Of a DNA stretch of 59,488 nucleotides, positions 7,681 through 15,213 are shown piece after piece. The position numbers and the translations under genes are program-made. Location: positions 1 through 59,488 of IMG/VR virus record IMGVR_UViG_3300028398_000004. One strand, given 5' to 3'. The stretch comes from a virus. The notes beneath the pieces are model-generated. The model ran no database searches and was not told where the DNA came from. It saw only the letters and a list, made by a program, of their open reading frames with translations. Within the stretch, counting starts at the first letter, position 1. Every line of letters begins with the position of its first letter.

Positions 7681-9165
7681 TTAGAATGCTTCATTAACTT
7701 CTTGCTGAATAAGATATTTATCTTTATTTATTCGTTTAGCTAATGAAAATGCATTTGTCTGAACTGCAGCACATTTACTAACATCCAGGCAATGTAAAGC
7801 TCGACTGGTGGCTACATAGAGAATATTCGTTTCTTCTTGTGAAGGCACATACTCTTCAGTTGGTACTTTAAAATCATTTGCTAGGCGTACAGTTGACCAT
7901 TCAAGACCTTTACTTTTATGTGCAGTAGTTATTATTATATTTGCTTCTTCAGGTACTTGTGTAGTATTATTTAAAATCTCTAACAATCTTTGCTTACCAT
8001 AAGATTCAAGTAATTTGATAACTGGTTTTAGATCTCCGCCCATCGGTGAATCAGCATATTCTTTTAAATCAATATAGTTTTTAAAAAGGAAAAGATCAGG
8101 GTGATTTGATTGTCCTTGTTCTTTAAGTTGACTGATTGAGTTTATCAAATAACTTAATGCTTGAGTGCCTCCAAGAATATGTACTGATTTTGATTGTTTA
8201 AGCATGTTAATTGTTTCAGTAATAACACCTTTGTTTGTACGGCAAATAATACAATCAGGATTAGCAAGTGGACTATAAGATAATCTTGATTCAACTTGAG
8301 AATTTCCTTTGAATGGAATGTAATTAAAATTAAATGGATAATATGCTTGGATGATTTTATTTGCCATCTCAGCTATAGCATCACCAAAGCGAAAGCTCTG
8401 AGTGATATAAAGTTTTTGTAAAGATTCTTCTTGAAGTGCATTAACTGCACCACGCCAAGAATAAATTTGCTGAAATTGATCACCGACAAATATTTTTTGG
8501 CATGATTGCGATTTGATGATATTTGCAATGACTGGATTACTATCTTGATATTCATCAAAGAAAATGTAATCTTTTTTAATAATTGGATTAGTGAGTGCCC
8601 AGAGTTTCAAGTAAACATCATGGGTGATGCTGATATCGTTACGTGGATCTGACATTAAAGTAAAAATCTTGCTTGATTGCTCAAGTAAGTCTTCACGCAT
8701 TTCCTCGTATTTACTATCATCAACTACTTGAAGTTTTGGAATGTGCGTAAAATTAAATTTTCGGTCTGCACTATAACAGTATTTTCGTATGGTATTAAGA
8801 ATTAGATAACCTTTATTAGCTGGGCTATTATAGAGTTCCCAGGCACCGATGTCTTGTGTATCTGCAAGATGCTTGCCTGTAAGCTTACGAAGACGCTTTC
8901 GATATTTATATCCGATAGCTCCATAAGCAAGCGCATGTCCAGTTTTACAGATAACTGATCGTTGAAATTTTTGTGATGCCTCGATTGCAAGTAACTTGTT
9001 AAAGCTGATGCTCAGGCCATAACCTTTCATCTTACGCGCGAGGGCTAATAGAAGAAAAGTTTTACCTGATCCAGGTGGTGCTTGAATTGCATAATCATTA
9101 CCTGATAAGATTGTTTTTATATGGCTTGACTGCTCGTTTGTGAGAGTTTTTCCTTTATATTTCAT
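7681..9165 (-). CDS. SF1 DNA helicase (UvrD/PcrA-like)
   Basis: 494 aa. Walker A APPGSGKTF. DEYQD. Motif III GDQFQQIYSWRGA. TAHKSKGLEW. Confidence 0.9.
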   Translation of the reverse strand: MKYKGKTLTNEQSSHIKTILSGNDYAIQAPPGSGKTFLLLALARKMKGYGLSISFNKLLAIEASQKFQRSVICKTGHALAYGAIGYKYRKRLRKLTGKHLADTQDIGAWELYNSPANKGYLILNTIRKYCYSADRKFNFTHIPKLQVVDDSKYEEMREDLLEQSSKIFTLMSDPRNDISITHDVYLKLWALTNPIIKKDYIFFDEYQDSNPVIANIIKSQSCQKIFVGDQFQQIYSWRGAVNALQEESLQKLYITQSFRFGDAIAEMANKIIQAYYPFNFNYIPFKGNSQVESRLSYSPLANPDCIICRTNKGVITETINMLKQSKSVHILGGTQALSYLINSISQLKEQGQSNHPDLFLFKNYIDLKEYADSPMGGDLKPVIKLLESYGKQRLLEILNNTTQVPEEANIIITTAHKSKGLEWSTVRLANDFKVPTEEYVPSQEETNILYVATSRALHCLDVSKCAAVQTNAFSLAKRINKDKYLIQQEVNEAF

Positions 9166-9196
9166 TGATTTGCTCCAATGATTGTGATAATTAAAA

Positions 9197-9421
9197 TTAT
9201 TTAAATATTAGGCTGATGGTTAGTTCTTTCCGTTGAGATGCGCAAATTTTACAGGCGCTAATGAGAACATTATTATGCTTATAAGTTCTGTTTGTAAGCT
9301 GGTGACAGAACATGCATGGTGTGCGGATAGGCTCAAGTTCAGTGATTAGAATTGGTTTCTTTTCTTGGAAGATTTCTTCTGATTTGTAATGAGCTGCATT
9401 ACTTTTCTTGAATTGACTCAT
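9197..9421 (-). CDS. zinc-ribbon-like small protein (74 aa)
   Basis: Contains the Cys pairs CMFC and CKIC. Confidence 0.6.
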   Translation of the reverse strand: MSQFKKSNAAHYKSEEIFQEKKPILITELEPIRTPCMFCHQLTNRTYKHNNVLISACKICASQRKELTISLIFK

Positions 9422-9463
9422 TTGATTGCTCCAATAATTATAATTGATATTGAATGCTGAAAG

Positions 9464-9495
9464 TTTCAGGCGGGCCTATCGGCCCTTAACTGAAA
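9464..9495. other. GC-rich compound hairpin in an intergenic spacer
   Basis: Outer stem TTTCAG/CTGAAA, inner stem GGGCC-tatc-GGCCC. No clear U run on the transcribed strand. Confidence 0.4.
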
Positions 9496-9516
9496 GATTG
9501 TTTTTATGAAGTTATC

Positions 9517-9849
9517 TTAACCACCTAAACGCTTGTATTCTTGCCAAGCAATTTGAGCGATTTCGCCTGCATTTACTTTAGGTGATTTATTATAAAACCA
9601 ATTGTTATATAGAGAATTATTACCATCACAAGACTTATTTGCCTTAGCTAATGGACAGTTTTTTGATATGCAAACATAATTATCACCATGACGATAAAAT
9701 AATGTGCACCAATAACATGAATTATTTTGATATTCATAATAAAGTTCATCATATAATGGATAATCTTCTTTAGATTTGAATGGATTTTGCTCTAACCAAG
9801 CCCATAATGTATAAGTTTTTAATGCAGCACTACGTTTGCTTACTGTCAT
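9517..9849 (-). CDS. Cys-rich hypothetical protein (110 aa)
   Basis: Contains CYWC, CISKNC and a further Cys. AAGGAG-type RBS. Confidence 0.65.
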   Translation of the reverse strand: MTVSKRSAALKTYTLWAWLEQNPFKSKEDYPLYDELYYEYQNNSCYWCTLFYRHGDNYVCISKNCPLAKANKSCDGNNSLYNNWFYNKSPKVNAGEIAQIAWQEYKRLGG

Positions 9850-9882
9850 AATTTAATCTCCTTTAATTAAATTATTTTTTGT

Positions 9883-10071
9883 CTATGGCATGAGTTCCAT
9901 AAGATAATCTGGTTCAAGTCCAAAAACTCTTCACAGATATTAAATGCAGCCTCTTGATCGTTTTCTTCAAGATATATTAAAAGTTGCTCTTTTTGCTTCA
10001 TTGATGGCATCTTCTGCTTCTTCCGATGTAAGATCGTCTCGATCAATGAGAATTTGCTTGAGTGATTTCAT
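9883..10071 (-). pseudogene. small acidic gene (..FGLEPDYLMELMP family) broken by two compensating frameshifts
   Basis: Frame 0 reads MKSLKQILIDRDDLTSEEAEDAINEAK, then hits 3 stops. The +1 frame reads EQLLIYLEENDQEAAFNICEEF. Frame 0 then resumes FGLEPDYLMELMP and stops. The frame changes sit at homopolymer runs 9990-9994 and 9922-9926. Confidence 0.55.
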
Positions 10072-10244
10072 TTTGTATGGATCCTTTTTTGAATTGGTTC
10101 ATTAAGAAAATTATTATCAAAGCTAATGCAGATTGGGTGCATAAAATAGACTCGTTTGTTATATTTTATGCATGTGCCTTTAATTTTATTTGTTGGATTG
10201 ATTTTCCAATGCTTGCATTGATTGCATTGTACATCAGTGAGCAT
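10068..10244 (-). CDS. zinc-ribbon-like small protein (58 aa, below track cutoff)
   Basis: AGAGG RBS. MLTDVQCNQCKHWKINPTNKIKGTCIKYNKRVYFMHPIC... ATGA overlap with the next gene. Confidence 0.6.
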   Translation of the reverse strand: MLTDVQCNQCKHWKINPTNKIKGTCIKYNKRVYFMHPICISFDNNFLNEPIQKRIHTK

Positions 10245-10248
10245 ATTA

Positions 10249-10494
10249 TTACCTCTTATAATTAATTGACTGACAAAAGCCTTTTGAATAGGTTATGATA
10301 TTTACTTCAGGGGGGATGTTGATTATATAAGATTTATCTACACAATTAACTTGATGGAGATTTTGAGATGAAATATTGAATTTAATTGGATCATATGTTT
10401 TATGTTGAATGGTTTTATAACTGTTAAAGCTTATAAGAAAAGCTATTATAGTTATTCCGAAAATAGTTAATAAAATTGTATTTTCTGTGTTCAT
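10249..10494 (-). CDS. small membrane protein (81 aa)
   Basis: N-terminal hydrophobic helix ILLTIFGITIIAFLISF. Confidence 0.6.
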   Translation of the reverse strand: MNTENTILLTIFGITIIAFLISFNSYKTIQHKTYDPIKFNISSQNLHQVNCVDKSYIINIPPEVNIITYSKGFCQSINYKR

Positions 10495-10506
10495 GATGTC
10501 TCCTTT

Positions 10507-10737
10507 TTAAATGAATTGTTCAGCTTTAAATTGATTTATATATTCTTGAACTTGTTGAACGGTGATTAGATTGCCAAAAGGATCTATGATGTCTTCATGA
10601 CAACAAATTGAGGCAGTAATGTAGTCATGATGATTTGTAGTTATGCCCCAGGCTTCAGTGAAACCGTATCCCTCGTCAAGAATAATTGGCTCGCATTGTT
10701 TGTTGCAATACGTGCAAATTGCAATTAGTTCAGGCAT
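10507..10737 (-). CDS. Cys-rich small protein (76 aa)
   Basis: Contains CTYCNKQC and CCHED. Confidence 0.6.
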   Translation of the reverse strand: MPELIAICTYCNKQCEPIILDEGYGFTEAWGITTNHHDYITASICCHEDIIDPFGNLITVQQVQEYINQFKAEQFI

Positions 10738-10780
10738 AATTTGCTCTTTTAATGAATTTTTGTGGTGTTATTAACACATC

Positions 10781-10815
10781 AAAGGATATTATAAGATGAT
10801 TTTATAATATCCTTT
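10781..10815. other. 14-bp perfect inverted repeat (AAAGGATATTATAA / TTATAATATCCTTT), 7-nt loop
   Basis: Read directly from the sequence. Lies in the spacer between ORFs 10829..11239 and 10507..10737. Confidence 0.5.
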
Positions 10816-10828
10816 AATGTTGTTAATA

Positions 10829-11239
10829 TCAATCTTCAATTGGTTCAAGCCATTCAGGTTCCCATACATAGGGATTATTTTCAGGTAATTCTTTATCACA
10901 ATAATAAAACATTGAAGGATCAAAGGTAAACTTTATTTCATGAGAAAAAGATCCATCAGGCATTAAGCGATAATTATCTTTAGCTAATGCCTTGAGAATT
11001 TTTTGTATGGATTTTACTTTTTGCTTTTTCATGACTGGTGTTGCATACATGTATGCATTATTAGCAGATATGTATGGTGTAATGATCGTATTATCATAGG
11101 CACAGATATATTCTTGTGTAGTATAATGTTTTTGCGGATTATTTGATACTTTACAAAGGATATGTTGTCCTACTCGAAGGGCATCGGCGATAATTACATT
11201 ACATTTAGCATAGTCTATATTTTTAATAATTGGTTTCAT
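10829..11239 (-). CDS. hypothetical protein (136 aa)
   Basis: Track ORF in the tightly packed early operon. Confidence 0.65.
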   Translation of the reverse strand: MKPIIKNIDYAKCNVIIADALRVGQHILCKVSNNPQKHYTTQEYICAYDNTIITPYISANNAYMYATPVMKKQKVKSIQKILKALAKDNYRLMPDGSFSHEIKFTFDPSMFYYCDKELPENNPYVWEPEWLEPIED

Positions 11240-11273
11240 TTGATTACTCCTTTTGTTGATTTAAGGCGAAGCA

Positions 11274-11687
11274 TCAGTGAATGTTTATGATGTCTTTGAG
11301 CAATAGATCAAAAGATGTTGCTTTTCGTGGAGAGGCTTGCTTGATAGCTTTTTCATTGGCTTTTAGAGTTGCCTCTTGTTTTGACTTTGTAAAGCCATCT
11401 GATGTGTTGTAGTTATTTGCGATGACTTGGATTTCATCAGTATCTATGATTAACTTATCTGCATCAAGATAATTTACTTTGAAGGTAAATTTAAGTTTGC
11501 CGATGATGCGTTTGCCAATATCAATGCCATAGACTGAAAGTTCATTTTTCATTGCTTGCATGTCTTTTTGAATAAAATCTTCAACGGAGGCATGGATGGT
11601 TATTAGGCATTCTGCTTTTGAGAGTAGTCCATCACAATATTGTTGATATGTGGTAGCGTTTTGTTCCATTAGTTTTTTCATGCTCAT
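11274..11687 (-). CDS. hypothetical protein (137 aa)
   Basis: AAGGAG lies 6 nt upstream of the ATG. Confidence 0.65.
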   Translation of the reverse strand: MSMKKLMEQNATTYQQYCDGLLSKAECLITIHASVEDFIQKDMQAMKNELSVYGIDIGKRIIGKLKFTFKVNYLDADKLIIDTDEIQVIANNYNTSDGFTKSKQEATLKANEKAIKQASPRKATSFDLLLKDIINIH

Positions 11688-11721
11688 TGTTTGCTCCTTT
11701 TAGTTGTATTGCTTAATAGTT

Positions 11722-11738
11722 ATGTTCATTTTTGAACA
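11722..11738. promoter_or_regulatory. 17-nt palindrome copy ATGTTCATTTTTGAACA
   Basis: Exact 17-mer, 14 nt downstream of the stop of ORF 11752..12246. Confidence 0.6.
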
Positions 11739-11751
11739 ACAAGTTTTATTT

Positions 11752-12246
11752 TTATAACTGGGCAATTTTCTCTCTAAGCGCAGCTTGTTGTTTAGGTGAA
11801 AGTTGTGCAAGGAGTCGTTGGACTTCTGATAAAGATTTTTTGTGCCTGGTTTTCGGAACGCCTTTTGGTTTCAAAGTTCGCTCGTTTTTGTGGATAAAAA
11901 AGTCAAGTAGGGCAGCTTGTTTGTCCAGGTGCTCATATTTTTGTTTAAGATTTTGATGGCTTACTTGAGCTTGACGAAGTTCGGTGAGGGCTTTATTATA
12001 GGTTAGACGCGCCCTGGAGTATTGTTCTGAGGCTGCCTGAATGTTATTTATGTAATTGTCTTTTTCTGCTTGCATTTCTTGTTGGATGCAAGCAAGGCAA
12101 GTGTGCGGATATGAGATAATGCAGAGATTTTCACGATGCATTGCGGCAATGATTTTATGTTTTTTTGTAGATGAATATGGTTTGTTACAGATGATACAAG
12201 TGTGTTTGGCTTGTTCAGTGGTTTGTTCAGTTGTTTGAGTTGTCAT
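11752..12246 (-). CDS. zinc-finger plus coiled-coil hypothetical protein (164 aa)
   Basis: TTEQTTEQ repeat, CIICNK..CLAC pairs, long helical C-terminus. Confidence 0.65.
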   Translation of the reverse strand: MTTQTTEQTTEQAKHTCIICNKPYSSTKKHKIIAAMHRENLCIISYPHTCLACIQQEMQAEKDNYINNIQAASEQYSRARLTYNKALTELRQAQVSHQNLKQKYEHLDKQAALLDFFIHKNERTLKPKGVPKTRHKKSLSEVQRLLAQLSPKQQAALREKIAQL

Positions 12247-12316
12247 TTGTATGGCTCATTTTGAGGAAATGAGCTGAAAATTTTTTTCGGCTCTTTATTG
12301 AGTTTGTTTTGATAGT

Positions 12317-12817
12317 TTATTCTTCTCCTGATTTATCGCCTGATGTCCATTCTGGTGGCGGACTGAAGTTGGAAACTGTGTTAATTGTGCTATCGGTTGA
12401 ATGGTCTGATGATTCAGTTGAGATTGTATTTGGTGGAATGGCTAAATCAGTTTTTATTGCTTCTGCTTTTATGATTGCTTCACCTTGTTCATCCATTAGA
12501 CGTTGCCGAGGAGTTCGATTATCGGTTTGAGACGTTAATTTTTCATTTGAGGCAGTTGAGCCGAGTTGAGGCAAACTTTGTAGATGGGATTGTTTACGAA
12601 AGTTTCTGATATGTACAATCTCTTTTAACAATTCTTCAGGAACTGTTAGAGGATGATTGTTTTGAAGCTCTGATTTGGCAATGTAGTCATATAGGATTGT
12701 TTTGAGGATGGTGGCTGTTGAGTTGCATTGCCATGATGGTTCGATGGTGCGAATGGCTCGTAATGCACGAGCTAAATGATAGTTTGATAAGCGAAGACTG
12801 ACGGTTGGATTTGACAT
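12317..12817 (-). CDS. hypothetical early protein (166 aa), possible ribbon-helix-helix-like N-terminus
   Basis: The N-terminus TVSLRLSNYHLARALRAI is RHH-like, but this is a weak argument. Confidence 0.55.
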   Translation of the reverse strand: MSNPTVSLRLSNYHLARALRAIRTIEPSWQCNSTATILKTILYDYIAKSELQNNHPLTVPEELLKEIVHIRNFRKQSHLQSLPQLGSTASNEKLTSQTDNRTPRQRLMDEQGEAIIKAEAIKTDLAIPPNTISTESSDHSTDSTINTVSNFSPPPEWTSGDKSGEE

Positions 12818-12879
12818 TTGGTTCCTCCTGTTTTGAAGTTTGTTTGCTTGTTAATATTTAGTTTAAAAATTGTATGTTA

Positions 12880-12918
12880 AATGTAGTGCAGTTAATAAAT
12901 AATTAACTGCACTACATT
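12880..12918. other. 17-bp perfect inverted repeat with a 5-nt loop
   Basis: aatgtagtgcagttaat / aaata / attaactgcactacatt. Lies between the first and second genes of the leftward early operon. Confidence 0.6.
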
Positions 12919-12927
12919 CAATGATGG

Positions 12928-13206
12928 TTATTTAAAATATTCGATAAGTTGTTCTTGCTCTTTGGGAGTACATTTACTGATAAGGGTGATTAAATGGGCA
13001 ACGATTGCGTCTGAAGTTGGTTTATCGCCTGTACGCATTGTATAGTCTTCGAGCAGGTCTTGAAGACTCATGGAAATTTTTAGCAATGAGTCAATGTGAT
13101 ACTCATTGTGATGTGAGTATCGAAACATAATTAAATTGTTTGATTTGGCAATGATTTGGATAATGGGAAGAGCTGAGTTTATGTGGTTGGTTGTTGTTTT
13201 GGGCAT
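12928..13206 (-). CDS. first leftward early gene, hypothetical (92 aa)
   Basis: AGGAG RBS. Borders the control region. Confidence 0.65.
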   Translation of the reverse strand: MPKTTTNHINSALPIIQIIAKSNNLIMFRYSHHNEYHIDSLLKISMSLQDLLEDYTMRTGDKPTSDAIVAHLITLISKCTPKEQEQLIEYFK

Positions 13207-13298
13207 GACTTGTGGCTCCTGTTTTGAGGTTTGTTTTGTTGTGCGTTAGTATTGTGTAAGCAAAAGGCGTGCCATGTTGGAAAAATATTTTCCGTTGT

Positions 13299-13824
13299 GT
13301 AAACAGGTTAACATAGGTGGTCGGGGATTGCAAGGTTTATTTTGTGTTCGTGCTGGCGTTGTTGTGTTTGTTTACAGGGCGGTCGGGTAAGGTGTTGATA
13401 TTGTTGATAAAATTGTGGTGTGTTGTCGTTGTTTACTTGTAGTACAGAAGTTTACGCCCCTGTCTTTAGGGAGGGGGGGGTTGTTTCTTAAATAAGAAAA
13501 AATATTATTTAGTACCTTTCCCTACTTACCGGAAGGGGGGGACGTAAACTTTTGTCTTACAAGCTGGCAATGTAAACATACAATCATTTCAGGTACTTAC
13601 ATGCTTACTTGTTTACTGCATACTTGCCATCATTGCTATATTTGTCTACATGCAAACATAAACGTCCATTTTGGCCCTTTTTAGCGTGTTTTATGTTGAC
13701 CTATGCCATTGTACCTATAACAATCATAACACATTAAAAACATCGGTTTTGAGCTTCCTGGAGCATGTTTTGTTTGTGTGTGTGCTGGGTGGGTTCCGGC
13801 CAGGAGCATGGTTTACTTGTAAAC
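13299..13824. repeat. cluster of nine GTTTAC/GTAAAC motifs (mostly TGTTTAC)
   Basis: Copies start at 13299, 13370, 13431, 13450, 13544, 13572, 13611, 13811 and 13819. The last two form GTTTACttGTAAAC. The 11-mer GTTTACTTGTA occurs twice. Confidence 0.7.
13436..13563. repeat. 21-nt imperfect inverted repeat enclosing two same-strand poly-G tracts
   Basis: Arms 13436-13456 and 13543-13563 match 18 of 21. GGGAG8 lies at 13469-13480 and G7 at 13535-13541. Confidence 0.65.
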
Positions 13825-13939
13825 AGGCAAAATACCCATGAACCTGAATTAAATAACCTTTTTAAACTTTAAAATGCTTTGTTAGGTGAAAAGTTGAGAT
13901 AGTTTGCCAGGGCAGGCATCGTAAAAGGCCTGAAACGTA

Positions 13940-13955
13940 CGTTCATGCGTGAACA
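13940..13955. promoter_or_regulatory. variant palindrome CGTTCA-tgcg-TGAACA
   Basis: Same GTTCA-N4-TGAAC core as the 17-mer family. Confidence 0.45.
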
Positions 13956-14002
13956 GGATCGGGAAAGCTACAAAACAGTTATTTTATTTACGTAGTTAAG
14001 GC

Positions 14003-14033
14003 ATAAAAAGGCGGATAGTAAAAATTATCCGCC
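14003..14033 (-). terminator. intrinsic terminator of ORF 14062..14442
   Basis: Stem GGCGGATA (14010-14017) pairs with TATCCGCC (14026-14033) around an 8-nt loop. A5 on the plus strand gives a U run on the minus strand. Confidence 0.7.
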
Positions 14034-14061
14034 CCCTTGAAATGGTTTATATGATGGTTAT

Positions 14062-14442
14062 TTAACTGAGCAAATCAAGTATTTGCTCTTTCGTGTAACC
14101 AGCAGATAAAAGTTTCTGCAGGTTATTCTTTGCCTTCTCTTCTTTAGTTTGCCTACGTTTTACCGTAGGTATCCAAGAAGTGAAATCCTCTGCAAGAATA
14201 TCATCTTGCAGATACTTAAAATTCCCCTTTTCATAGGGTTTTTTTACGCTTAACTTTGCACTTAACTTGTTCCGCACATATGCACGGAACTTTATAACTG
14301 CCTGATCCAGGGCAAGTTTCAAGATAATTTCATCCGAAATGAATCCTTGAAGTTCTTTCAGACTTTTGACTTTCAAACAATTTGGAATCTCTGTTTCAAT
14401 GGTTCTTCCACTCTTGTTGTCCTTAGTAATTATTGTTTTCAT
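14062..14442 (-). CDS. stand-alone early protein, paralog of ORF 6732..7097 (function unknown)
   Basis: Track ORF trimmed to Met33 (ATG 14442, GGAG 8 nt upstream). The longer form would overlap its own promoter. Motifs FRAYVRNKL and AEDFTSWIPT..TKEEKA. Confidence 0.75.
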   Translation of the reverse strand: MKTIITKDNKSGRTIETEIPNCLKVKSLKELQGFISDEIILKLALDQAVIKFRAYVRNKLSAKLSVKKPYEKGNFKYLQDDILAEDFTSWIPTVKRRQTKEEKAKNNLQKLLSAGYTKEQILDLLS

Positions 14443-14509
14443 GATATTCTCTCCTTTGAAAAGGTTTTGGTGGTTGCCGGGAAAACTTTTTCCTTGGCTG
14501 TTACGTAAA

Positions 14510-14538
14510 ACTATAAGAGATCGGTTCAGCATTGTCAA
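14510..14538 (-). promoter_or_regulatory. near-consensus sigma70-type promoter
   Basis: Minus strand reads TTGACA (14538-14533), a 17-nt spacer, then TATAGT (14515-14510). Confidence 0.75.
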
Positions 14539-14587
14539 ATTATTTTTTTATTTTTCTTTGATTAGTAGTAAAAACATATAGTTGTAA

Positions 14588-14665
14588 GATAGTTTTTTGA
14601 ATGAAATAGTTTTTAAATAAGATAGTTTTAACGGTTTGTCGGTTTGCCTGGGATGATAGTTTGCC
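14588..14665. repeat. iteron class A: (G/A)ATAGTTT x4 with 16-17 nt phasing
   Basis: Copies start at 14588, 14605, 14621 and 14655. The 11-mer GATAGTTTGCC (14655) recurs at 13898. Confidence 0.6.
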
Positions 14666-14701
14666 TGGAATATAATGGGGAATTATTTTGTAGGAATAAT
14701 T

Positions 14702-14824
14702 ATTGTTGTTAGTTGGTAATTATAATGATTGTTATGTGAGAATAAATTTTATTTATGAATAAGAGTTACTGTTATAAGAGAGTGATTCTTATTGTTATGT
14801 GATAATGAGAGTTATTGTTATGTG
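14702..14824. repeat. iteron class B: ATTGTTATGTG x3 exact plus 2 variants
   Basis: Exact copies start at 14728, 14791 and 14814. Variants start at 14702 (ATTGTTGTTAG) and 14768 (ACTGTTATAAG). The last three are spaced 23 nt apart. Confidence 0.65.
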
Positions 14825-15052
14825 GGAACAATTATTAAGTGATAATGACTGATAGCCTGGACATGCCTCGCTTTTATATATAGCATAAGTGCTTTCTATA
14901 CTGATTTACGAAATTTTCACACATCATAGTCAAACTCAATATAATATTATTCAATAACTAACCTTAAAAATTTACGCCCAAGCAAAACTCAAAGCCGGCA
15001 TTTGCAACCTTGCTAAAGCAAACCAAAGCAAAAACCTCCATTCATTTTTTCC

Positions 15053-15081
15053 TTGACAACCCACACTATATATAGTATGCT
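15053..15081 (+). promoter_or_regulatory. sigma70-type promoter for the rightward (structural) arm
   Basis: TTGACA (15053-15058), a 17-nt spacer, then TATGCT (15076-15081). This gives a leader of about 130 nt to ATG 15214. Confidence 0.5.
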
Positions 15082-15213
15082 TCATATAAGGATTAAAGTT
15101 GTTAAATTCAATGTAAAGTATTGAAAAATTAACTTGATAAAATGCTCATTGGTTAAAGCAAACTAATGTTAAAACAAACCAATGCTTACATAACATAAAA
15201 ATAATAAAATAAA

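Noticed and set aside
10062-10265. 67-aa plus-strand ORF in the early arm.
   Set aside because: It is antisense to two tightly coupled minus-strand genes (10068..10244 and the start of the 9883..10071 locus). There are no plus-strand signals nearby.
13103-13333. 76-aa minus-strand ORF overlapping the first early gene and running into the control region.
   Set aside because: It overlaps ORF 12928..13206 out of frame, has no RBS, and its composition is unconvincing. ORF 12928..13206 has an AGGAG RBS.
13436-13563. Retron-like msr/msd idea: flanking inverted repeats around a structured G-rich segment.
   Set aside because: I saw no reverse transcriptase ORF on either strand of the genome. The arrangement is better described as an origin or regulatory palindrome.
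14802-14820. Fur-box-like sequence GATAATGAGAGTTATTGTT, matching about 14 of 19 positions of GATAATGATAATCATTATC by eye.
   Set aside because: AT-rich background makes such partial matches likely. It overlaps the iteron array, and there is no supporting context.
14690-14850. Possible mini-CRISPR array, because ATTGTTATGTG recurs.
   Set aside because: The repeats are only about 11 nt, degenerate and irregularly spaced (23-40 nt). There are no cas genes or leader. Iterons are the better description.
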